A DNA stretch of 59,515 nt, the filler included. It is 5 parts of 5 records of this genome, joined end to end, with 100 filler letters (N's around TTAATTAATTAA, not from the genome) between each part and the next. Parts side by side here need not be neighbours in the genome. Positions count along the whole stretch, not along the records: positions 1 to 15,817 come from SRR31156797_5175; 4 more parts are not named here. The stretch is one strand, 5' to 3'. Both the position numbers and the translations under genes were made by a program. Below are positions 1 through 8,102 of this stretch, in pieces; the stretch's first letter is position 1; each line of letters begins with the position of its first letter. The notes beneath the pieces were generated by a model. The model worked only from the letters and a program-made list of their open reading frames with translations. It did no database searches and was not told where the DNA came from.

Positions 1-453
1 GGCCCGGATAATGGAGTTGTGGTTAAGCTGATCCCCGATCCAATAGGTTTTTTTGTTTGAGATGGACAGAGCCAGGCCACAGTTTGATGTATAGGCCGAG
101 TTGAAAATTTTGGCAGCCGGTTTTTTGACAAAGGCGGCGATCCGCTGTTCAAGCCGGATATGCGGGGTAAAGGTGCCGTCAATGAATCGGACCGCACCCG
201 GCCCCGCGCCAAATGCCGCTGTGGCCTGGTCGGCGGCATTGATCACCTGGGGGGCAAAGGACAGGGAAAGATAGGAATTCGAATTCAGGCGGATAAACGC
301 ATTGTCGCTGCCCTGCAACCGATACCGGGGGCCGAATTTCCCCTTGGGCGGGATGAATTCCCTGATGACCCGTTCGGCATTTTTAGCACGCCCTTCTTTT
401 TTTAATCCTTGGATCTCATGAAATAAACTGGTGTCAAGTTTGTCTAAGGACAT
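1..453 (-). CDS. kbl: Glycine C-acetyltransferase / 2-amino-3-ketobutyrate CoA ligase family (PLP class II), N-terminal part, runs off the window
   Basis: Absent from the ORF track. Manual translation from ATG 453 (RBS GAGGA) gives MSLDKLD...RLNSNSYLSL...FGAGPGAVRFIDGT...FNSAY...DQLNHNSII, matching Kbl/BioF motifs. Lies directly downstream of tdh. Confidence 0.85.
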   Translation of the reverse strand, partial: MSLDKLDTSLFHEIQGLKKEGRAKNAERVIREFIPPKGKFGPRYRLQGSDNAFIRLNSNSYLSLSFAPQVINAADQATAAFGAGPGAVRFIDGTFTPHIRLEQRIAAFVKKPAAKIFNSAYTSNCGLALSISNKKTYWIGDQLNHNSIIRA

Positions 454-476
454 ATATTTTTTCCTCTTGTTTTTTG

Positions 477-1526
477 TCAAATCCATTTTGTTGGCGCCCA
501 ATCCAGAATTACTTTTCCCGAATTCCCCGATTGCATGGCCTCAAACCCTTTTTCAAATTCTGTATAGTGGAAGCAATGGGTGATCAAGGGGCCGATGTCC
601 AGGCCGGTTTGGATCATGGCGGTCATTTTGTACCAGGTCTCATACATCTGTCTGCCGTAAATGCCTTTGATGGTCAGCATATTAAAGACCACCTTGTTCC
701 AGTCAATCTGCGTATGGTCCGGCATGATACCCAGCATGGCTATTTTGCCGCCGTGGCAGATGTTGTCCAGGATATCGTTCAGGGCCGCAGGGTTTCCCGA
801 CATCTCCATGGCCACGTCAAACCCTTCTTTCATATTCAGCTGTTTTTGGGCATCTTTCAGGGTCTGCTTTGACACATCCACAGCCAGGGTGGCGCCTGCA
901 TTCTTGGCCAGGTTCAAACGGTAGGGATTAACGTCGGTGACCACCACGGACCGGGCCCCGGCATGGCGGGCAATGGCGGCTGCCATACAGCCGATGGGAC
1001 CCGCCCCTGTGATGAGCACGTCTTCTCCGAGCAGGTCAAAGGAGAGGGCCGTATGGGTTGCATTGCCCAGTGGGTCAAAACAGGCCAGAACGTCCAGGGG
1101 GATCGACGGGTCACAAAACCAGACATTGGTCACGGGAATGGCCAGGTATTCGGCAAACGCCCCTGGCCGGTTAACCCCCACACCCCTGGTGTTTTTGCAA
1201 AGGTGTCGACGGCCTGCCAGGCAGTTGCGACAATGCCCGCAAACAATATGACCTTCCCCGGATACCAGGTCCCCGGGTTTGAAGTCGGTGACATGGGAGC
1301 CGACTGCGGCAATGGTTCCCACAAATTCATGGCCCACATGCACGGGCACGGGAATTGTCCGCCGGGACCAGGCATCCCAGTTGTAAATATGAACATCAGT
1401 ACCGCAGATCGCGGTTTTTAAAATTTGAATCAGCACTTCATTGTGTGAAATCTCAGGCACCGGCACCTCGTCCAGAACAAGGCCTTGTTCTGGAGCTGCT
1501 TTTACCAGGGCTTTCATGGTTTTCAT
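477..1526 (-). CDS. tdh: L-threonine 3-dehydrogenase
   Basis: [18 protein letters not shown], structural Zn motif CGHCRNC...[15 protein letters not shown]; adjacent to kbl. Confidence 0.95.
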   Translation of the reverse strand: MKTMKALVKAAPEQGLVLDEVPVPEISHNEVLIQILKTAICGTDVHIYNWDAWSRRTIPVPVHVGHEFVGTIAAVGSHVTDFKPGDLVSGEGHIVCGHCRNCLAGRRHLCKNTRGVGVNRPGAFAEYLAIPVTNVWFCDPSIPLDVLACFDPLGNATHTALSFDLLGEDVLITGAGPIGCMAAAIARHAGARSVVVTDVNPYRLNLAKNAGATLAVDVSKQTLKDAQKQLNMKEGFDVAMEMSGNPAALNDILDNICHGGKIAMLGIMPDHTQIDWNKVVFNMLTIKGIYGRQMYETWYKMTAMIQTGLDIGPLITHCFHYTEFEKGFEAMQSGNSGKVILDWAPTKWI

Positions 1527-1569
1527 AAAAAAACTCCTCGCCGTTCACCAAAAAATAAACAGATACTTA

Positions 1570-1618
1570 AAGAAAATTCCTTTGCCCGGATTGTCTGAAG
1601 AATTCAGGCAAAGGAATT
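1570..1618 (-). terminator. Intrinsic terminator after the cysteine-synthase-family gene
   Basis: Perfect 12-bp inverted repeat AATTCCTTTGCC (1575-1586) / GGCAAAGGAATT (1607-1618), followed by a T-rich tract on the minus strand. Confidence 0.7.
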
Positions 1619-1631
1619 GAAATTTTGAACT

Positions 1632-2549
1632 TTAGGACTTAAACAGCCCTTCAACGCTCAGGTACCGCTCTCCGGAATCTGCAAATATCCCCACCAGGGT
1701 TTTGCCCCTGTATTCAGGCAGCTCGCCCATTCGTTTCAGGACACATGCAACAGCACCGGAGGTGATCCCCACCAGAATGCCGCTGTCGCCGGCCAATTGC
1801 CTGCACATGGCAAAGGCATCCTCTTCCGTGACCAGTGCAATTTCGTCTATCACGTCTTTGTCCAAGGTGCCCGGCACAAATCCCGGTGCCGTTCCCATCA
1901 TACGATGGGGGGTAAAAATACTTTTGGAAATAAAAGGGGCGTTCTCGGGTTCAATGGCCACCAGGCGGATATCCGGATTTTGTTCTTTAAGGTATTTACC
2001 TGCGCCGCAAATGGTCCCCCCCGTACCCAGGCCTGCCACCAGGACGTCAATTTTCCCTTCGGTATCCTTCCACAATTCCGGACCCGTGGTTTTGTAGTGG
2101 GCATCGGGGTTATCCATATTGATATGCTGTCCCACATAAAAATATTCCGGATGCTCTTTTCTGATTTCATTCATCCGTTCCTTTGCCCCCTTGGTCCCAA
2201 GGGCGGCATCGGTCAGCTCAAGCTCGGCCCCAAGGGCTTTCATTACCTTACGCCGTTCAACGCTCTGGATTGCCGACATACAAAGAATAATCTTATACCC
2301 TTTAAGCGCTGCTATATAGGCCAGTGCCATGCCTGTGTTTCCGCTGGTCATTTCAATCAGGGTATCCCCGGGTTTGATTTTACCGGTTTTTTCTGCCTGA
2401 TTGATGATGTTGAACATGGGCCGGTCTTTCACGCTGAACGGGTTCATAAATTCACATTTGGCCAAAAGCGTTGCCTTGTCTGATAATTGGCCCAGCTTTA
2501 CAAGGGGGGTATTGCCGATAAGATCGAGCATTGAATTGGAATAGCGCAT
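1632..2549 (-). CDS. cysK: PLP-dependent cysteine synthase family protein (CysK-like, divergent active site)
   Basis: IGNTPLV, SVKDR (PLP lysine), TSGNTG, GLGTGGT, DSGERYLS. Confidence 0.85.
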   Translation of the reverse strand: MRYSNSMLDLIGNTPLVKLGQLSDKATLLAKCEFMNPFSVKDRPMFNIINQAEKTGKIKPGDTLIEMTSGNTGMALAYIAALKGYKIILCMSAIQSVERRKVMKALGAELELTDAALGTKGAKERMNEIRKEHPEYFYVGQHINMDNPDAHYKTTGPELWKDTEGKIDVLVAGLGTGGTICGAGKYLKEQNPDIRLVAIEPENAPFISKSIFTPHRMMGTAPGFVPGTLDKDVIDEIALVTEEDAFAMCRQLAGDSGILVGITSGAVACVLKRMGELPEYRGKTLVGIFADSGERYLSVEGLFKS

Positions 2550-2601
2550 GATATATTCTTCCTTTTATAATTAAATGTTGCCTAAAAGCGTAAAAAACAG
2601 A

Positions 2602-3837
2602 TTATTTTTGCCAGCATTTGGATGTTTTGCCGTCAAATAAATTTTCCAATTTTGATACAAGGGTGGCTCCGGCAATATCTCCGACCATGTTGGTTGCGGT
2701 GATTCCCATATCCAGGATTCGGAACAAGCCGATCATCATGGCACCCGCCTCAATGGGAAGGCCGAATGAGGACAAAAATATGGTGGTGGAAACAAAAATC
2801 CCCCCGGGAATCCCCGGGCTGCCCAGGGTCAGAATCACGCCCATAAAGGAAAATTGTAAAATAGTATTAAATGTAATATCCAGCCCGACAATCTGGGAGG
2901 CAAAAACTCCCATAATGCCGAACCAGATCGCATTCCCGTCCATATTCATGGTTGCGCCCAGGGGAATTGAAAAGTTTGTGATTTTAGTGGGCAGGCCAAG
3001 GTCCTCTTCGGTGACCCGCAGGGACACAGGTATGGTCGCAGCACTGGAGCAAAGGGTAAATGCCGTCAGCCAGACCGGTTTGACCTTTTTAAGAAAGGTC
3101 AAAGGATTGAGCCTGACAAAAAAGACAACCACCCCGACATAGACACAAACAACCTGAAGGATCAATGCCATGTATACACTGCCGAAAAATTTGGCAAAGG
3201 GTCCGAAGATATCAGCACCGAACTTTCCGGCTGTCCAGGCCATTAGAGCTGCAATGCCGTAAGGCGCCAATTCCATCACCATCATAATAATTTTCAGCAT
3301 CAGGGTGGAAATATCATGAAAGGCCCCGGTCAACCTTGTCTTTGTCCCGCCACCGATCAATAAAATTGCGATTCCTGTAAAGATTGCAAATAGGATAACC
3401 TGGGGAAGTGAGCCAGTTGCCATGGCATTTATAATATTGCCCGGTACAAATGAGGTCAGGGTCTGCCAGAAACCCGACATGGTCTGCACTTTGGCTTCTG
3501 CTGCTCCAGAATCGAGAACTATGCCTGTTCCCGGTTTGAACAATAAGCCGATTGAGGCCCCGATCGAGGCCGCGACAAATGTGGACAGCATGTAATAAAC
3601 CATTAATTTGGAGCCGGCTTTCCCAAAATTGCGTGCATCATCCATCTGGCCGATGCCGTAGACTACATTGGCGAAAATTAAAGGAACAACCGCCATTTTA
3701 AGTAGCTTCATAAACAGCATGCCAATGGGACGAAGTGAAATTCCAAACTCCGGCCAGATAAACCCGATACACAACCCAGCGATCATCCCTATGAAAATTT
3801 TGTTTGCAAGCCCGATCTTTTTTTTGCCGATACCCAT
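2602..3837 (-). CDS. Dicarboxylate/amino acid:cation symporter (DAACS/SDF family)
   Basis: Multi-TM protein with SSAATIP, PLGATMNMDG and DMGITATNMVGD signatures. Confidence 0.92.
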   Translation of the reverse strand: MGIGKKKIGLANKIFIGMIAGLCIGFIWPEFGISLRPIGMLFMKLLKMAVVPLIFANVVYGIGQMDDARNFGKAGSKLMVYYMLSTFVAASIGASIGLLFKPGTGIVLDSGAAEAKVQTMSGFWQTLTSFVPGNIINAMATGSLPQVILFAIFTGIAILLIGGGTKTRLTGAFHDISTLMLKIIMMVMELAPYGIAALMAWTAGKFGADIFGPFAKFFGSVYMALILQVVCVYVGVVVFFVRLNPLTFLKKVKPVWLTAFTLCSSAATIPVSLRVTEEDLGLPTKITNFSIPLGATMNMDGNAIWFGIMGVFASQIVGLDITFNTILQFSFMGVILTLGSPGIPGGIFVSTTIFLSSFGLPIEAGAMMIGLFRILDMGITATNMVGDIAGATLVSKLENLFDGKTSKCWQK

Positions 3838-3938
3838 TACATCCCTCCGTGTAAAAGTTAACCACCTAAATATGCTTCACTTTTCTTGGGCAAAGGGATA
3901 TCACAAAAAAAAGTAAAAAACCCATTCAAAATCCAACT

Positions 3939-4006
3939 TTTCATACAAAACCTATGTAAAAATATCAGTGGTATATTCGTTTTTATCCGTATTATTTCAT
4001 ACAAAA
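3939..4006. promoter_or_regulatory. Direct repeat pair, candidate AraC-family operator
   Basis: TTTCATACAAAA at 3939-3950 and 3995-4006, in the divergent intergenic region between the symporter and araC. Confidence 0.35.
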
Positions 4007-4285
4007 AATGAATTTATTGTAATTAGACTATACATCTATATACCGGCTAACTTATTGGGGCGATTTGAAACCAAGGGGAAAATTTATCTTTACTATAATC
4101 CGGTCAACCTTGTCATTTTAAAATAAAATCATAGTCTGAGCTGTTGTTTTCAAGGGTTGACTTTAGCGGTGTTCATGGATTATGGTAAATAAACCGGCTG
4201 TTGATTAAAAGGAGGATTCATATATAAACTGCTATATAATCGTATGAATCGTATAATATAATGTATCTTAGGTTTAATATATATC

Positions 4286-5131
4286 ATGGCTCAGATTATA
4301 TCCGATGAAACCTTAGAGATTGATATCGCCCATAAAATATCAAGAAAGCAATATCCCAAGAAGGTAAAAATGGTGTCTGAAGTGTCACCATCCCATGAAG
4401 ATCAAATTATATTCAGCTATCCGTTTTATCGCTTGGTATTCTGTACGTCCGGAAACGCTGAATTTGAAATTATTAAAAAGAAACGGCGAATTAAGCTTGA
4501 AGTCCTTAAAGGGGAGGCCATGTTTATCAAACCAGGGGCCTTTATAAAAAGCATCAATCAAAAACCATATGAGACATGTGGTATCCTGTTAAGAAATACG
4601 TCCATTGACTTTTTCACGAATGATCATTTATGCCGTCACCGGCATCGGTTCCTGTTGCCCATACGCAATGTACGAAATGAATTGTATATCCTTTTTGAAC
4701 AATGCCTTGGGTTTTCAAAAAATGAGCGCCTACGGCAGCAATACGCAAGATTGATCTGGACCCATATTGATGAAATGATTGAAAAACAAAGCCAGTCAAA
4801 AGGGTCCCATATTACATTTGTTAAAGCCAAATCCTATGTGAATAAACACTTTCAACATGGGATAAACAGGAAACTTGTTGCGACAGAACTGGGATTAAAT
4901 CAAGATTATTTAAATACGCTGTTCCAACGGTTTTCAGGGCTCAACTTCACCCAATATCTTCTGAAACTTAAATTGGAAAAAGCAAATGAACTTTTGTACG
5001 ACAGGAATTTGTCCATTTCGCAGATCTCCAAATTATCAGGGTTCAACTCAAACACCTACTTTGGGCGCCAATTTAAAAAGCATTATAATATGACACCATT
5101 GAATTATCGAAAAACATTAAATAGACTATAG
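4286..5131 (+). CDS. AraC family transcriptional regulator
   Basis: N-terminal cupin-like region and C-terminal double HTH (YLNTLF...SISQISKLSGFNSNTYFGRQFKKHYNMTPLNYR). Confidence 0.93.
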   Translation: MAQIISDETLEIDIAHKISRKQYPKKVKMVSEVSPSHEDQIIFSYPFYRLVFCTSGNAEFEIIKKKRRIKLEVLKGEAMFIKPGAFIKSINQKPYETCGILLRNTSIDFFTNDHLCRHRHRFLLPIRNVRNELYILFEQCLGFSKNERLRQQYARLIWTHIDEMIEKQSQSKGSHITFVKAKSYVNKHFQHGINRKLVATELGLNQDYLNTLFQRFSGLNFTQYLLKLKLEKANELLYDRNLSISQISKLSGFNSNTYFGRQFKKHYNMTPLNYRKTLNRL

Positions 5132-5411
5132 GGAGGACCAGGGGGCAAACCCATGCGTATTGAGGCGGTTAATAAGGGCCGCCCCCTGGGGACCCTCCAT
5201 CACTGTTAAAAGCAAAATACGTCAAAAAACGATGTCTCCTTGAATATCTCCGGTATGGCTCCCTTATTTAACCACCGGCTTTTTGTGCCCTTGGGGGATT
5301 TATATTTAAAATCAAAACAGATAGATTCAATTTTTCAGCGGTTAAATCATCGGCCTTGATCCCGAAGGATGTCAACCAAGTTGTCGCCTTTCTGGCCTGG
5401 GTATTGGAAAA

Positions 5412-7004
5412 TCAAATCGGAAATTCGGCATTTATGGTTGTACCAAAACCTTTTTGAGAATTTATTTTGAATTTTCCATTTAATGAAAGAGTTCTTTCTC
5501 TCATTCCTATCAAACCAAAAGAGGAAATTTTACGTTGAGCATTCATATCGCCAATACCAACTCCGTCATCAGTAATTGAAAGCTGAATTATATCAGAATT
5601 AGCAGATATTTTTATTTCCGCATTTTTAGCTTTCGAGTGGCGACTGATATTATTTAGTGCCTCCTGTACAATTCTATATATTGCAGTAGAATAGTCAGAA
5701 TTTGCATTTTTATTTTTTATTTCATATATAAATTTATACTCAGTATTATCTCTGGATTGAAAATCATTAATAAGCCATTTAAGCGCCAACTCTAAACCCA
5801 AATCATCTAAAGGTTCAGGCCGCAGCTTTCTACAGATCCGCTTTATTTTCACACTACCGTCCAGTACCATTTTGCCCATCAACTCCAACTTGTCTTTGCA
5901 GACATTCTGCTTATCACTCTGAGTTATTTTTCTTTTCAGCCAATTAATGTCCATACTTAAAGCGGACAATGTTTGTCCCAGATCATCGTGGATATTTAGT
6001 GCAATTGATTTCCGCTCTTTTTCAATAATTTTATGTAAATGAGAAACAAAATTTCCCAACTCCATACTTAGTTGTTTTATTTCTGATTCACTATTTTGTA
6101 ATGAAATCGTTCTTTGTAAAACCTGTATTTCTAAATAACGCTGTCTACTAAAAAGAAATATGCCCAATGATAATAACAGTATAAGAATGATTCCTGTCAG
6201 GGTTTGGAAAACAACTAACTGATTCTGAATACCGTTTTTCCAACCCCCAATTGGTTCTGCATGGAGGCTCCAATTTCCATCTGTAATTTTTACAGGTAAA
6301 TTAATGGGATCAGCAAAATCACCCTTGCTTGTTGACCAAAAAATAATCCCGGATCGATCCTCAATTTTAATTTTAAACTTATTAATAATTTCTGGAAATC
6401 CAGATATGGTCAATAATGGCGGGATATCTAAAACGATTGTTACTATCCCCCAGAAATAATCATTTATATATATTGCTTTTCTGGCGACAAGGCCTAAACC
6501 ACCCTGCCGTAATTTATAAGGTTTACTTCTGGCCATCGTTTTTGTTTGAATGGTTCGCTGAACGTCATCTCTTACATTAGGTCGCTCATCATTTATTAAG
6601 TTCTGTAAGCACAGACCGATAACAGCTTCATTTCTTTTTTTAGGGTACATAAGTTCAGGTAAATTTTTTGGAAAAATTTGCAACGCTCGAATATCCGATT
6701 TCCCCAAATAAAGTCCGGATGAATAAGTCGTAAACTTTTGTGTTAGTTTTTTGTTATCTAAATTTGTGGAAACAAAGGCCGAGAGGCTGTCCAGTAGTGT
6801 AAAACGCTTATTGACAATTGTTGACAAGGAAGTTGAATATGAGATTAATTCTATTTGGCTTCGTGTTTTGTAATCATTTATCAAAACATTCTGATACCAC
6901 CCTGAAAGAAAAAACCAGGCTCCTAATAAAATTAACGAAGAGATTATTAATAGAAGGATTCTTTTTTTTTGGCCCGGATTCATATGAGAATATTTTCCAC
7001 ACAT
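5412..7004 (-). CDS. Membrane sensor histidine kinase (periplasmic CHASE-like domain, HisKA_3, HATPase)
   Basis: Two TMs; PYKLRQGGLGLVARKAI; H-box ERKSIALNIHDDLGQTL; QEALNNISRHS; DDGVG; GLIGMRER. Confidence 0.9.
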   Translation of the reverse strand: MCGKYSHMNPGQKKRILLLIISSLILLGAWFFLSGWYQNVLINDYKTRSQIELISYSTSLSTIVNKRFTLLDSLSAFVSTNLDNKKLTQKFTTYSSGLYLGKSDIRALQIFPKNLPELMYPKKRNEAVIGLCLQNLINDERPNVRDDVQRTIQTKTMARSKPYKLRQGGLGLVARKAIYINDYFWGIVTIVLDIPPLLTISGFPEIINKFKIKIEDRSGIIFWSTSKGDFADPINLPVKITDGNWSLHAEPIGGWKNGIQNQLVVFQTLTGIILILLLSLGIFLFSRQRYLEIQVLQRTISLQNSESEIKQLSMELGNFVSHLHKIIEKERKSIALNIHDDLGQTLSALSMDINWLKRKITQSDKQNVCKDKLELMGKMVLDGSVKIKRICRKLRPEPLDDLGLELALKWLINDFQSRDNTEYKFIYEIKNKNANSDYSTAIYRIVQEALNNISRHSKAKNAEIKISANSDIIQLSITDDGVGIGDMNAQRKISSFGLIGMRERTLSLNGKFKINSQKGFGTTINAEFPI

Positions 7005-7030
7005 GGATAAAAAATGATACTTATATCAGA

Positions 7031-7459
7031 TTAACTGAGATTCTGGGTCTCAGGTGACTTCCAAGTGGATTCAACATTTTTTGATTGATTCGAATCCCCT
7101 AAAAGCCTATGAACTGCGGTGATAAGGTCCTCAATTATTATCGGTTTTTCCATCACACACTTTACTCCTAAGTTACCAGCCAATTTCAGATATAATTCGG
7201 CTTCATTCACACCCCCTCCAGAAATAGCTATAATATTTGGATCTGAGTACTCTTTTCTCAGTTCACGGATTGTTTCAAGCCCTTCTCTTTCAGGCATTAT
7301 CAAATCAGTAATAACGATTGAATAAGGTTGTTCATTATAAAGCCTAACGCCTTCTCGTCCATTTTCAGCTTCTTTTACCTCAAATCCTTGGGTTTCCATT
7401 ACTCTTCTGATAAGGGTTCTCATCTGCTTGTCGTCGTCTATTACTATGATATTATGCAT
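7031..7459 (-). CDS. Single-domain response regulator
   Basis: VIDDD, ITDLIMP (phosphoacceptor Asp), AISGG, EKP. Confidence 0.92.
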   Translation of the reverse strand: MHNIIVIDDDKQMRTLIRRVMETQGFEVKEAENGREGVRLYNEQPYSIVITDLIMPEREGLETIRELRKEYSDPNIIAISGGGVNEAELYLKLAGNLGVKCVMEKPIIIEDLITAVHRLLGDSNQSKNVESTWKSPETQNLS

Positions 7460-7484
7460 CTCAAACTATTTCCCCTATGAAATT

Positions 7485-8072
7485 ATATTTCTTGAATAAT
7501 CGGCATACTAACATGAAAAAAACTCCTTTCATCTATTGCTGAAACGACTTATAGTCTCCTGTTATGTTTCTTTGTTATTATTGAATGTGAAAGCAAAAGC
7601 CCCTAATCACTTCCTTTGCCTTTATCTTTAGTGTTGAAAATGGTTTAAATATTTTAGGGACTATCTTATCTAATATCCCAGATTATCCCTATCTGATTAA
7701 TATCAGACATTTTTTGTTCTCATTTAAAGGATGAGCAAATTTTTTTATTGATCGGGCAATATTTTGAACCAGAGAGAGTCCATCAATACGCTGGTCAAGT
7801 GTTGGCCTTATTTCTGCAAGAATATCGCCCAAATCTAACAGCCCATAAGATTCGAATATGTTTTTCAATGCCGAACTTTCGTTTTTGCTTTGCTGTCCCT
7901 TAATCGATAAATGAGTCGATTCGATGCATTGATATATATTTTTAAAAAATTTTTTAATAGCAATTAGATTGTCAGAGACATACTGAACCAATGTATTCAT
8001 TTCATGTGATATTCCTGCATATATTTCAAATTTGTCTTTTTTCTATACACGGCCTTTGGTTTTGACATTCAT
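7485..8072 (-). pseudogene. Degraded HisKA/HATPase histidine kinase
   Basis: RBS AAAGGA and ATG at 8072, in-frame TAG at 8045-8043, then H-box AGISHEMNTLVQYVSDNL. Further downstream are frameshifted, stop-interrupted HATPase remnants (KIFKPFST / TKDKGKGSD*GLLLSHSIITKKH). The 3' boundary is approximate. Confidence 0.82.
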
Positions 8073-8102
8073 AATAATTGTCCTTTTTCTAACAGCTATG
8101 GT

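Noticed and set aside
160-3916. Many plus-strand and alternate-frame ORFs overlapping kbl, tdh, cysK and the symporter
   Set aside because: Shadow ORFs of well-supported genes with no recognisable motifs; the same applies to short overlapping ORFs elsewhere.
5141-5185. GGCAAACCC...GGGCCGC as a c-di-GMP-I riboswitch
   Set aside because: Lacks the GNRA loop and the following GCAAAGC/P2 elements, and lies 3' of two convergent genes.
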